Part shown: piece by piece, positions 8,458 to 18,871 of the stretch
Numbering within the stretch: position 1 is the first letter of the stretch
Layout: each line of letters starts with the position of its first letter
Source: Terriglobia bacterium
Lineage (GTDB): Bacteria > Acidobacteriota > Terriglobia > 20CM-2-55-15
Direction of reading: 5' to 3'
DNA: 64,000 bases
Assembly (NCBI GenBank): GCA_965218585.1
Contig: CBDCLE010000025.1
Span: forward strand, 1 to 64,000
Translations under genes and position numbers: made by a program
The notes under the pieces: generated by a model
What the model was told of the DNA's origin: nothing
The model's input: only the letters and a program-made list of their open reading frames with translations
Database searches by the model: none

Positions 8458-10203
8458 GTGGACGTCTCTTCTTACGATGTACTTTTGGTTGGCGGTGGCG
8501 GCGCCGGTCTGCGCGCAGCGATAGCCGTAGCCGAGTTCAATCCAAAGCTCAGCGTTGCTGTTATCTCGAAGGTCTACCCGATGCGAAGCCACACTGTGTC
8601 AGCGGAAGGGGGAGCTGCCGGTGTTATCGCCAACGACGACAGCCTCGATGAACATGCTTACGACACGGTCTCAGGAAGTGATTGGCTCTCGGATCAAGAC
8701 GCTGTCAAGCTGTTCGTCGAGCAAGCCCCAAAAGAGTTGCTTCAACTGGAACATTGGGGCTGTCCCTGGAGCCGGACCGAAGACGGTCACGTTGCCGTGC
8801 GACCCTTTGGGGGCATGAAAAACAAGCGCACCTGGTTCGCCGCCGATAAGACGGGTTTCCATATGCTCCACACTCTGTTCCAGACGTCGTTGAAGTATGA
8901 CCCCATCGTCCGTTACGACGAGTGGTTTGTCACGAAGCTGCTGGTTGACGACGGCCGGGTTCAGGGGGTTGTAGCCCTGGAGCTGATGTCCGGGAAGATC
9001 CAGGCTATCACGGCAAAGGCAGTGATTCTCTGCACGGGCGGGTGCGGCAAGGTGTTTCCGTTCACGACAAACGCAAACATCAAGAACGGCGACGGTATGG
9101 CGATGGCTTACCGCGCAGGTGCCCCGTTAAAGGACATGGAATTCATTCAGTACCATCCGACGGGTCTTCCCTTTACCGGGATCCTGATCACCGAAGCAAC
9201 CCGGGCCGAGGGCGGCTACCTGGTAAACAAGGACGGCTATCGGTACCTGCAGGATTACGATTTGGGCACGCCAGAGCCCAAACCCGTCCTGCGCTCGATG
9301 GAACTCGGTCCTCGCGACCGTCTCTCCCAGGCGTTCGTCAAAGAGCAGGAGAGAGGACGGACTATCGAAGGTCCCTACGGGCATGTCGTACACCTCGATC
9401 TGCGCCATCTGGGAGAAAAGCACATCGACGCAAGAATCCCCTTTGTCCGCGAACTGTGTCTCAAGTACGAAAATATCGATCCGGTTCGGGAAAAGATCCC
9501 GGTGCGGCCCGTCATTCATTATGTGATGGGTGGCGTCCATACCGATAAAGACGGCGCGACGCCTCTGGACGGGTTGTTTGCGGCTGGAGAAGTCGCCTGT
9601 GTCAGCATCAACGGCGCCAACCGGCTCGGCTCGAACTCTCTGACCGAACTTCTCGTTTTCGGCGCACGAGCGGGGAGGGCTGCCGCAGCCCTCGCTTCCG
9701 ATGGGAAGTCACCTGGCAGTCACGTTATGGCTCAGGCGAACGATGAGAGAAGACGCCTGGAAGAGAAGTTTCTTAGAAAGACGGGCGGGCGAGAACCGAT
9801 CGCGACAATCCGGAAGGAAATGCAGGCGACGATGGAAGATGCCGCGGGCATTTACCGCAACGGAGAAGCTCTTGAAAGGGCTTCCAAAAAGATTCGAGAA
9901 CTGCAGGATCGGTTCGAGGACATCGCGATCCAGGACCACAGCCGCACATTTAACACCGAACTGATCTCCGCGCTCGAATTGGCTTATATGCTCGACGTTG
10001 CCGAATCGATCATCCAATGTGCTTCCAACCGCACCGAGTCCCGTGGAGCGCATCAGCGGACGGATTTTCCGGCCCGGGACGACGAGAAGTTTCTCGCACA
10101 TTCGCTGGTGTTTCGAAACGAGGACGGTTCCTCTCGAATGGAGTATCTGCCGGTCAGCATCACACGCTGGCCGCCGGCAGAACGAGTTTACGGAAGAAAG
10201 TAG
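8458..10203 (+). CDS. frdA: Fumarate reductase flavoprotein
   Basis: GGGGAG, covalent-FAD motif [42 protein letters not shown] start after GGAGGGG. Confidence 0.93.
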   Translation: MDVSSYDVLLVGGGGAGLRAAIAVAEFNPKLSVAVISKVYPMRSHTVSAEGGAAGVIANDDSLDEHAYDTVSGSDWLSDQDAVKLFVEQAPKELLQLEHWGCPWSRTEDGHVAVRPFGGMKNKRTWFAADKTGFHMLHTLFQTSLKYDPIVRYDEWFVTKLLVDDGRVQGVVALELMSGKIQAITAKAVILCTGGCGKVFPFTTNANIKNGDGMAMAYRAGAPLKDMEFIQYHPTGLPFTGILITEATRAEGGYLVNKDGYRYLQDYDLGTPEPKPVLRSMELGPRDRLSQAFVKEQERGRTIEGPYGHVVHLDLRHLGEKHIDARIPFVRELCLKYENIDPVREKIPVRPVIHYVMGGVHTDKDGATPLDGLFAAGEVACVSINGANRLGSNSLTELLVFGARAGRAAAALASDGKSPGSHVMAQANDERRRLEEKFLRKTGGREPIATIRKEMQATMEDAAGIYRNGEALERASKKIRELQDRFEDIAIQDHSRTFNTELISALELAYMLDVAESIIQCASNRTESRGAHQRTDFPARDDEKFLAHSLVFRNEDGSSRMEYLPVSITRWPPAERVYGRK

Positions 10204-10209
10204 GTACGG

Positions 10210-10953
10210 ATGACGGACACAATCGTTCTCGAAGTCACACGCTATAGACCCGAACAGGAAACAGAACCGACGGTTCAAGAGTACGAGGTGCCGCTCACCC
10301 AGGACTGGGTGATCCTCGATGCCTTGAACTACGTCAAAGACGACCTGGACGGATCTCTGTCGTACCGATGGTCTTGCAGGATGGGGATCTGCGGGAGCTG
10401 CGGGATGATGGTCAACGGCGAACCCAAGCTCACGTGCGCCACGTTTGTTGCTGACTATGCGCCCGGTCCGGTGCGAATCGAACCGCTCCGCTATTTTCCG
10501 ATCGTTCGAGATCTGACGATAGAAATGACGGACTTCATGACGAAACTGAAGGACGTCAAGCCATGGATCATCCGGGAGAACGAGAAACCCATCGAGGAAG
10601 GAGAGTTTCTGCAGACTCCGGCTGAACTGGACACATACAAACAGTTCAGCATGTGCATCAACTGTATGCTGTGCTATGCCGCCTGCCCGGTTTACGGTCT
10701 GGATAACGCTTTTACAGGCCCGGCGGCGATCGCATTGGCACAGCGCTACAACATGGATTCACGCGATGAGGGAGCCACCGAACGTCTCGGGATCCTGTCG
10801 GATCATGAAGGGGTGTGGGGTTGCACTTTTGTAGGCGAGTGCACGAAGGTCTGCCCGAAGCACGTAGATCCGGCCGGAGCGATTCAGCAGTATAAGGTGA
10901 CTGCGACGACGGAATGGTTCAAGTCCTTCCTCATGCCACGGGGAACCAAATGA
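10210..10953 (+). CDS. frdB: Fumarate reductase Fe-S subunit
   Basis: [26 protein letters not shown] and [19 protein letters not shown], as in enterobacterial FrdB. Confidence 0.93.
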   Translation: MTDTIVLEVTRYRPEQETEPTVQEYEVPLTQDWVILDALNYVKDDLDGSLSYRWSCRMGICGSCGMMVNGEPKLTCATFVADYAPGPVRIEPLRYFPIVRDLTIEMTDFMTKLKDVKPWIIRENEKPIEEGEFLQTPAELDTYKQFSMCINCMLCYAACPVYGLDNAFTGPAAIALAQRYNMDSRDEGATERLGILSDHEGVWGCTFVGECTKVCPKHVDPAGAIQQYKVTATTEWFKSFLMPRGTK

Positions 10954-11366
10954 CGGAAAGATCCGCGTACACCGAATTTCGTCCAAAGTGGTACCGTCCG
11001 CGCATTTCCACCTACTGGTGGCTTTCCCAGTGGTCCTACACAAAATTCATTCTAAGGGAGTTGAGCAGCGTATTCGTCGGCTGTTTCATCGTGATCACGC
11101 TCCTGCAGGTTCGGGCGCTGACCCTCGGGCCGTCCAGCTACGCCGAGTTGCAGGATTGGCTCGGTAATCCTCTCGTCATCATTTTCAACGTCGTCGGGTT
11201 TCTGTTCGTACTCCTCCACACCGTTACCTGGTTCAACCTTACGCCGCGGGCAATCGTTCTCCGCCTGGGCGGATGGCGCGTTCCCGACTTCTTGATCATC
11301 GCCCCCAACTACGTCGCATGGCTGGTGATATCGGGTGTCGTGGCTTGGTTCGTCGTGAGAGGCTAG
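10950..11366 (+). CDS. frdC: Fumarate reductase membrane anchor C
   Basis: WW...[11 protein letters not shown]...LLHTVTWF, 3 TM segments, ATGA overlap with frdB. Confidence 0.88.
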   Translation: MTERSAYTEFRPKWYRPRISTYWWLSQWSYTKFILRELSSVFVGCFIVITLLQVRALTLGPSSYAELQDWLGNPLVIIFNVVGFLFVLLHTVTWFNLTPRAIVLRLGGWRVPDFLIIAPNYVAWLVISGVVAWFVVRG

Positions 11367-11367
11367 A

Positions 11368-11721
11368 ATGGGCAAAAGATCATACGTAGCTTTCTTTTGG
11401 GCCTTGTTCAGCGCCGGGGGTGTTGTCGCCGCTTTCCTGTTGCCTGTGCATATTTTTTTGTTCGGGCTCGCATTCCCGCTGGGATGGATTGCTGCTCCCA
11501 GCTACGAAAGTCTTTTTGATTTACTTCAATCGCCTTTGACGCGCATTTACCTGCTCGTCCTCTGTGTACTGTCGCTTTTTCACTGGGCGCACCGGTTTCG
11601 TTACACGCTTTACGACGGTGCACAGATCAAGCACCTGAATGAAGTGATCGTTGTACTTACTTATGGGAGCGCCGCAGCAGGGTCTGCCTGGGCCGTTTAC
11701 CTTCTCTGGAACGTGGGGTAA
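11368..11721 (+). CDS. frdD: Fumarate reductase membrane anchor D
   Basis: FWALFSAGG...FHWAHRFRYTLYD, 3 TM segments. Confidence 0.88.
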   Translation: MGKRSYVAFFWALFSAGGVVAAFLLPVHIFLFGLAFPLGWIAAPSYESLFDLLQSPLTRIYLLVLCVLSLFHWAHRFRYTLYDGAQIKHLNEVIVVLTYGSAAAGSAWAVYLLWNVG

Positions 11722-12149
11722 GTGGGTATCAGCCCTGTGTTTCGGGAATTCGACGACGACAGTCCCACTCGATTTGAGCTGACAACCGAAAGCTGATCTC
11801 TGATGGCCGGATCGGGAAAACTCCAGTTTTTCTTGTTTAGAAATAATCGTGCCTGCCGCTTTCGGACCACACCACCTCGACAACGGTGAACGCCACAAAA
11901 GGTTAGGCTTCACTACCACCGCCCGGACCGCCAGAGATTGTCCAGGGTGCAGATAGGGTGTCGTCTATCAAGACGGGTTGGCGATAATCTTCGCGAACCA
12001 GTCGATTTCTTACGTCTCTTTGCTCCCCCTTCTGACCAGAATCGTCCACCCTAGGAGCATCTGTTAGAATCGGTCCCGCCCAGAAGTGTGAAACGTTGGT
12101 GGAATAGTGCACGAGAAACGCTGACGAATCTCAAAAAGGGAGACTATCG

Positions 12150-13625
12150 ATGCACGAAAAGAAGGTTGTTGAGCGAGGGTGTAGCCTAATGCCCCCGCCG
12201 GCTGTGGTTTGTGTCGTTTTCCTGTTGTCGTTTTCCGTACTATCGTCAGAAGTCCTCTACGCCCAGTCGGTAGAGGAGCAGCTTGACGCAATGCGGGCCG
12301 AGATACAACAGTTGCGCAACGAGCTGGATGGCGTCAAGGTTGAGCTGCGACGCACGCAGGAGGCCATGTCGCCTCCGGTGCGTGTGGCATCGCTCGAACC
12401 GGTCGTGGCTGCTCTTACCCCGGCGCAGGCCGGCCTCGGAGTGCTAACGGACGAACAGGGAGGACTCACGCCGGGCGAATCTCTGCCCCTGATCCAGGCC
12501 CAGCTTCAGGAACTCGCGCGAACGAAAGTTGAGACCAACTCGCGATTCTCCATGCGGTTGTTCGGCACCATCGTGTCCAACACCTTCGTCAATTCTGGGG
12601 AACCAAACTGGTTGGACCTCGGCGGAAACGTTGTCAAGCCGGGGCCACCACCTGGGCTTCCAGCCGGCTCCTTTACATCGACGCTGCGCCAGTCCCGCTT
12701 GGGAGCGATACTGGATGGCCCCCAGGTGGGTTCCTTCAGGAGCAGCGCCCTAGTGGCGTTTGACTTTTTCGGCGGGTTGCCCAACTTCCAGACTTCGCCG
12801 GTACTCGGTATACCGAGACTGCTCTACGCCTACATGAGACTTGAAAACGAGAGGACCGCGTTCCAGATCGGTCAGGACCACATGATTCTGGCGCCGAAGA
12901 ACCCGACCTCTCTGACCGGTATGGCGTTCCCGACACTTTTCCGCGCAGGCAACCTCTACCTTCGTGTGCCGCAGATTCGGGCCGAACGTACTTTGGCTGA
13001 AGGCCAATTTGGCCAGCTACGCGTCGTTGGTGGAATCGTCGCGCCAATTGCTGGAGATACGGTGGGCGCGAAGGGCTATCAGTTTGTGCCTCCCAACGGT
13101 GCCGGCGAGCGGTCGCGGACCCCCGGGTTGCAGTCGCGACTGTCGTGGCGCGCAACGCCTGAGGGTCCGTACGAGCAGCCTGATTGGGAGTTCGGTGTGT
13201 CCGGACACTATTCCCGAGAGCGTTATACGACCGGGATCAGTCCCAGCTGAGCAGTGGCGGCGGACTTCGACGGTAATGTCGGGTGGTTTGGCATCGGCGG
13301 TGAGTTCTTCGCGGGAAGAAATATCGATGCGTTCGGGGCATCACTGGCCCAGATTGCAAAGTCCAGGGGAAGATTCATCGAGGGTCGGATCGCTGCTACA
13401 GACCGTTGAGAATTCAACGGCGGATACGGTACTGACCGCCTCTACGATCGGTCCCGTTTCCCTGGTGCTCTGACACGCAACGCTGGCGCATTCGGCAATA
13501 CGATTTACAGGTTGTCGCCGGAAATCGCCGTATCTTTCGAATACCTCAACCTTAGAACAAAACCTCTGAATGGCGGGGTCCGGCAGAACCATCACTTCGA
13601 CCTGACCTTTGCATACGGATTCTGA
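12150..13625 (+). pseudogene. Outer-membrane beta-barrel (DcaP-like porin) with two in-frame TGA codons
   Basis: Signal peptide, coiled coil, RQSRLG, R-x-YAY, GQD and RVPQIR. Frame continues past TGA 13248-13250 and 13407-13409 to ...FDLTFAYGF, a terminal Phe typical of BAM substrates. Confidence 0.75.
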
Positions 13626-13627
13626 TT

Positions 13628-14302
13628 ATGAAAAAACTCATTTACCTTTGCTTGATTTTATTTGTGATGACACAACCGCTCGGCGCGACTCTCGTTAACG
13701 GAAGGGTCGTGCCCCTAGGCCGTACCGTCAACGCAGAAGTTGTTACGGTCGTGTACGCGGAGCCGCTGGATGGGAATGCAACCATTCAGCCGGGGACCTA
13801 CTCGGTGTCACAGCGCGATAAAGTGTTCTCTCCGCATGTACTCGCGATACCCGTGGGATCGTCGGTGGAGTTTCCCAACGATGACCTGATCTTCCATAAC
13901 GTCTTCTCGCTGTCGCGGCCAGGTCCCTTTGACCTCGGCCTGTATCGCGTAGGCACGTCAAGGAGTGTCATGTTCATGTCAGCCGCTGTCTATCGCGTCT
14001 TCTGCAACATCCATCCGCAGATGTCGGCAATCGTTCTGGCTCTTCCGACCCCGTATTTCGCCCAAGCCGACGCGTCGGGAGCATACCAGCTCGACCTGCC
14101 GGCCGGACGCTATCGGATTACGGCATGGTCGGAACGGTCTTCGCCCCTCAGCATGGAGGTAACGGTCGCGGACACTGAAGTGTCCGCCGCCGAGTTGATG
14201 CTCGACGAGTCGCAGTTCGTTCAGGTGCAGCACCAGAACAAGTTCGGACAGGAATATTTCAGCATGGCGTACGAGCCGATGCTCGATACGCACGTTCGAT
14301 AG
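13628..14302 (+). CDS. Exported cupredoxin-like/carboxypeptidase-regulatory-like protein
   Basis: Signal peptide. FPNDDLIFHNVFS and FCNIHPQM give a His...Cys-x2-His-x2-Met copper-type ligand set. Confidence 0.75.
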   Translation: MKKLIYLCLILFVMTQPLGATLVNGRVVPLGRTVNAEVVTVVYAEPLDGNATIQPGTYSVSQRDKVFSPHVLAIPVGSSVEFPNDDLIFHNVFSLSRPGPFDLGLYRVGTSRSVMFMSAAVYRVFCNIHPQMSAIVLALPTPYFAQADASGAYQLDLPAGRYRITAWSERSSPLSMEVTVADTEVSAAELMLDESQFVQVQHQNKFGQEYFSMAYEPMLDTHVR

Positions 14303-14323
14303 GGCTGCCAGGATCGAATCGGC

Positions 14324-16371
14324 TCACGCTCCTGGTGTATCGAGGATCTCGCGAACTTTCTGGATCAGGTCGGCGTTTGCAAACGGCTTCTGGATGTAAG
14401 CAGAATCCCTCGGAAGCCGACCTCCGACCGGGTCCGTGTAGCCCGACATATAGAGGACCTCCATATCTGGACGACGCGAAAGTAGCCGCTGGATTCCAAG
14501 ATATCCTGAACCAGATCGCGAACGAACTTCTCGTCTTCAACCACAAGTATCGTTTCTGTTCCCAGGCCGGGCGCCGACGTTTCCACCGGGGAATCCTCCG
14601 GTGTCACGACTTCGTCCACGGCAGGGAGATAGATCCGGAACGTTGTCCCCCGGCCCAACTGGCTGGCCACGTCGATGTGACCGCCGGTCTGTTGAACGAT
14701 CCCGTAAACCGTGGACAATCCGAGGCCGGTTCCTTTGCCCGATTCTTTGGTCGTAAAGAAGGGTTCGAACAGATGATCGCGGACTTCGTCTTCGATTCCG
14801 GTACCCGTGTCGCTCACGCTGAGCACGCTGAATTTTCCTGCCGGAATGTCCGATTGATTCCCGACCTGGGGCAGGTCAACGTGCAAGGCCTCGGTCGCGA
14901 TCGTCAACCGGCCGCCGTTCGGCATGGCGTCTCGAGCGTTGACGGAAAGGTTCATGACGACTTGTTCGATTTGCCCCGGATCGGCTTTCACCATTCGCAG
15001 AGCGGGAAAGAAGTCGAGCCGGAGATCGACCACATCTTCAACCAGCGCCTTCAGCATGGGCTCCATTCGTAAAATCAGTTTTTCGAGGTTCAAGACACGA
15101 GGCTGCAGGATCTGTTTTCGGCTGAACGCCAGCAGTTGGCGGGTCAGCGTCGAGCCGCGCGCGGAGGAATCATGGATCAATCCGACGTCCCTCCGTATCG
15201 GATGATCGGCGGACAGGGAGCGCATGAGAATCTCAGCACGGCCCGTGATTACGGTCAGCAAATTATTAAAGTCGTGCGCCACACCGCCGGCGAGCCACCC
15301 GACAGCTTCCAGTTTCTGCGACTGTTGGAATTGCCGTTCGAGCCGTTGGCGTTCGTCCAGCATGGCGTTAAAGGAATCTGCAAGGTCTCCGATTTCGTCA
15401 CTGCTGTTCACGTTCAAGCGATAGTCCAGATTGCCGCGAGCAACTTCCTTGGTTCCTTCGACCAGCGTCGCAACCGGCGCTGTGATTGTTTTGGCGAGCC
15501 AGGCGCTGCCCCCCACACCAAGGCTAGTTATCAGTAGTCCCAGAACGAGCAGGCCGATTTGAATGTTTCGATACGGCTCCGTTGCCCGGTCCCACGACTG
15601 CATCACGACAGCCAAGACGGGAGGCCCCCCACGGCCGACGAGGATGGCTGTCGCAATGAATCGTTCTCCCATGACGTACACTTCGCGTGGTTCTTCTTCC
15701 ATAGAGGTGGCGCCGGTCCAGTGTTCGATGTTCCGCCACGGGAGGCCTTCCAAATCGAGGGTAGAACCCAGGATATCGTCCCCGATCAGTACGACCTCGC
15801 TGTCGTCTCCGCCGAGCTGTAAGGCAAATGCATCGTCGATTGGAGCTGCAGCGAGGATGAACCCAAACACCTCTCCCCCAATTTGAGCTGCAACGGCCAC
15901 AGCGTCGTAAGTCCGGCGAGTTGTCGAGAAGATGCCTTCAGCGTAGCCGCGTTCCAGTACCGGTTCGATCCAACGGGAGTGAAAGTCACGATCCCGTGGC
16001 GACGACTCAAGGTCTGTGCGCGCGATGATCTGCCCGGTGCGGTCGATTGCAACGATCAACTCTGATCTTAGGTTCTGCTGCTGGTAGCTCACAAGGAAGT
16101 CGGCGACAGTTGCGGTATCGGTGGCGAGCAAGGCCCGGAGCTGCGGGAAGGAAGCGATAAGTGAGGCCGATTCCAGCAATCCGATTCTGCGCTCGTTCTC
16201 GATTCGCGTGATGCGCTCGCGAACCTGTTCGAGATCACCGGCAATCTGTTCGTTGGCGTAGGCCGCGGCTCTGTTATTGACGAAGGCCAGTGTCGCCGTC
16301 ACCAACAGCACAAGAAGGCCACTCGAATAGACCAGGATTTTCAAACGAAGGTTGATTCGCACTAGCCCCAT
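14324..16371 (-). pseudogene. Hybrid sensor histidine kinase (sensor-HAMP-HisKA-HATPase-REC) with deletion/frameshift in REC
   Basis: HAMP (DEIGDLADSFN), AHDFNN, NARDAM and GTGLGL. REC breaks after ILESSGY and resumes in another frame as RRPDMEVLYMSGYTD...QKPF...VREILDTPGA, stop at 14324. Confidence 0.82.
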
Positions 16372-16503
16372 ATCTTACTGTATCGGCGAACTCTACAGAA
16401 TCGCGGAAGAATTCGAGCAACGGATTGAATCGATTCAACACGCGACCCCGGCTGTTAACCTGATACTACCCATCGCCTCGGTCTCAGATTGACGTTTAAC
16501 TTC

Positions 16504-16547
16504 GATATGGTTTTTCATATGAAACGATATGAGTTTCCATATGAAAA
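16504..16547. promoter_or_regulatory. Tandem palindromic operator-like array
   Basis: Perfect TTTCATATGAAA at 16513-16524 and near copy TTTCCATATGAAAA centred 22 bp later, in an AT-rich intergenic patch. Confidence 0.5.
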
Positions 16548-16589
16548 CACTGAAACTATTGAACCGGTGGGGGTTGGAGTGGTGTTTGT

Positions 16590-18653
16590 TTAGAAATAGA
16601 TTCGGGCAACGTCCCGGAGGCGGGCCTGGCTGACCGTCGTCGGGAGTTGGATGGTTCCGCGCGGATCCCGCTGCCATAAGAGAATCTGAAGTTCCCGTCT
16701 GATCCGGTCAAAATAGCCCAGCGTGGCACTACGCACACGAAGAAACTCCTCTTCCTCGAGACCGTTCTCGGCAACGTCCCGGATCCACGCTCTCACTTGA
16801 GCGTCCTGTTCGGCATCGGCCTCTATGATGAGCCGCGAGCCTTCGATTCCCTCGATGCCGAGATTTACCTGACCCCACCAACCCGCTTCGACAACCTTGG
16901 CTTCGAGCCAGGTCTTCAAGACCATCAGACTCGGAATATCTCCCCTGGCAACCTGACCTGCAGCAAGGCTGGGCGTGGAATCCAGCCTGCCTCCGGTCCA
17001 ACCGTTCAATCTCTGACCGAGGCCCGGAAGATCTGGAGCGGGAGCGAAGACAAGGAGACGGTCGGGACGAACTTCCTGAAGCTGCTCGAAAACGGCATCT
17101 CCCGGGGGATCGGGGAATAACCAGAAGCTCCCATTGGTCCCGACACTCGCTTCACCGTCCGGCAGCACGCCATCAAATCGACCGGCGATAAATATGCCGT
17201 AACCTGAATCCTCAGCTAGTGTTACACCGGAATCCAGACGTTCCACCCGAACCGGTGATGGGTCCGGAAAGGCCAGTTGGTCAAACCCGGGAACGGAGAC
17301 GCTCCCGGGAGCGCGGCCCAGCGGCGGGGGCGGTTCTGGGGGCTCGGCTATCTCCTCGCTGAGACTTTCGACGGTTACCCGTGGCTGCTCAAAAGCGGGC
17401 GGCCAGAGCGCAACAACACGCCCAAGACCGCTGAAGTCTCGCACCGCAGACCGGAAACCGTCTCGGGTCAAACCCGGGATGGCATCCCATCCCGCTTCCA
17501 GGGAGCTCCACAGATCCTGCGCTGCAAACCATTCGAGAACGTTTCGTTGTTTAAGGTAACCCTTGGCCGATTCCATTGCGGCACTGAGTTGATCAGGATC
17601 CGGATTTCGGAACTGCAGTTCGGCGATCTGCCTCAGCAGATCATCCCTGACATCTTCCGCAAAGAGCGGAATCTCAACGGGAATGTCGATTCGATGTAGA
17701 ACCGGATCCACTCCAAACCCGAACTGGAACGTCACTGGAGGTGGGACAACCTCCCGCAACATGCGGTCCACGACGAGGGCCCGGAACCACCCTTCGAAAT
17801 GAACACTGGGAACTGCCCTTGCAAGAACAACGCCCCCCCGGGCACGGGAAGGAAAGTCGAACTCGATTTCAATCGGGTCGGGTAGAGCGTTCGTTGCCGG
17901 ACTGTGACTGGCCTGACGGGGAGTGATCTCTCGAATGCCGCCAAGGGCGTCGGAGGACACGGTTCTGGAGACAACCACCCAGGCTCGGTCCGTTCCAAAG
18001 TTTTCCTGAAAGTACGTCGCCAAATCGCTGACCTGCAACTGCTCAACCTGGTCCATGGTCGCCCGCTCCGACCAGAGGTATGGATAATCCCTGAGCAAAG
18101 CGGCGCCCACTTCCCTATCCAACTCCAACCCAAAATTGTCCTCGGTCACGGACGTCTCGATCACAAGGCGCCGGCGCGCATACTCGAACATTTCAGGATC
18201 GAAATCCAGTTCCGCAAGATACGCACCAACCTGGATCAACGTCGTTTCAACCAGGGATTCGGGCACGCCCACCCGCATCCCTATACGATCGGGCTCGTGG
18301 ATAAATTCAAACTCTCCTCCACCCAGATGCGCCACCAAGGCCACAGAACGCGCTCGGACAGAGGCGGCCAGATAGAATCGCGTAAGCTCAGCGATGCCTA
18401 CCGGGTATCCGGGTTCGTTTCTGACTCCTACCGTGTAACCGAACGCGATTTCGGTGAAGTTCCCATCATCGATATCCGGTGAGGAAACCGGCAGGTGAAT
18501 CACCCGCACTCCGTTTGAAAGCCTTTCTGTGGTTATTGGAGGAAGCTCGGTCTGGAGAGGTGAACCACCGGTTTGACCAGCCGCACCCAGCCCCATGCCG
18601 GTCCAGAACAAGGCGCAGATCAGGCCGGGGATGAGACTTTTGGGCTCCAACAT
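16590..18653 (-). CDS. Secreted M16 (insulinase)-like protein, probably non-catalytic
   Basis: Signal peptide, ERLSNGVRVI / ERLDSGVTL starts, GVRNEP..PVGIAELT where HxxEH is expected. Confidence 0.6.
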   Translation of the reverse strand: MLEPKSLIPGLICALFWTGMGLGAAGQTGGSPLQTELPPITTERLSNGVRVIHLPVSSPDIDDGNFTEIAFGYTVGVRNEPGYPVGIAELTRFYLAASVRARSVALVAHLGGGEFEFIHEPDRIGMRVGVPESLVETTLIQVGAYLAELDFDPEMFEYARRRLVIETSVTEDNFGLELDREVGAALLRDYPYLWSERATMDQVEQLQVSDLATYFQENFGTDRAWVVVSRTVSSDALGGIREITPRQASHSPATNALPDPIEIEFDFPSRARGGVVLARAVPSVHFEGWFRALVVDRMLREVVPPPVTFQFGFGVDPVLHRIDIPVEIPLFAEDVRDDLLRQIAELQFRNPDPDQLSAAMESAKGYLKQRNVLEWFAAQDLWSSLEAGWDAIPGLTRDGFRSAVRDFSGLGRVVALWPPAFEQPRVTVESLSEEIAEPPEPPPPLGRAPGSVSVPGFDQLAFPDPSPVRVERLDSGVTLAEDSGYGIFIAGRFDGVLPDGEASVGTNGSFWLFPDPPGDAVFEQLQEVRPDRLLVFAPAPDLPGLGQRLNGWTGGRLDSTPSLAAGQVARGDIPSLMVLKTWLEAKVVEAGWWGQVNLGIEGIEGSRLIIEADAEQDAQVRAWIRDVAENGLEEEEFLRVRSATLGYFDRIRRELQILLWQRDPRGTIQLPTTVSQARLRDVARIYF

Positions 18654-18871
18654 CGGTTGAGACTATCCGTTGAAGGGCAGTATTTTCAAGCGCGATCGAT
18701 TGTGCTAGTGTTGGCAATTCGATTTTATACAAGGATCGTAAGGCTCTTCCCGCCCTGCGGCGACATTACTCCCGACACAATCTGCGCGTGGGAGAATCAA
18801 CCGGCCGATTGTCGGCCCCCAACCGTTCGGTGCGGGCCGGACGAGCTGACCGATAAGAAGGAGTTCTCAAG

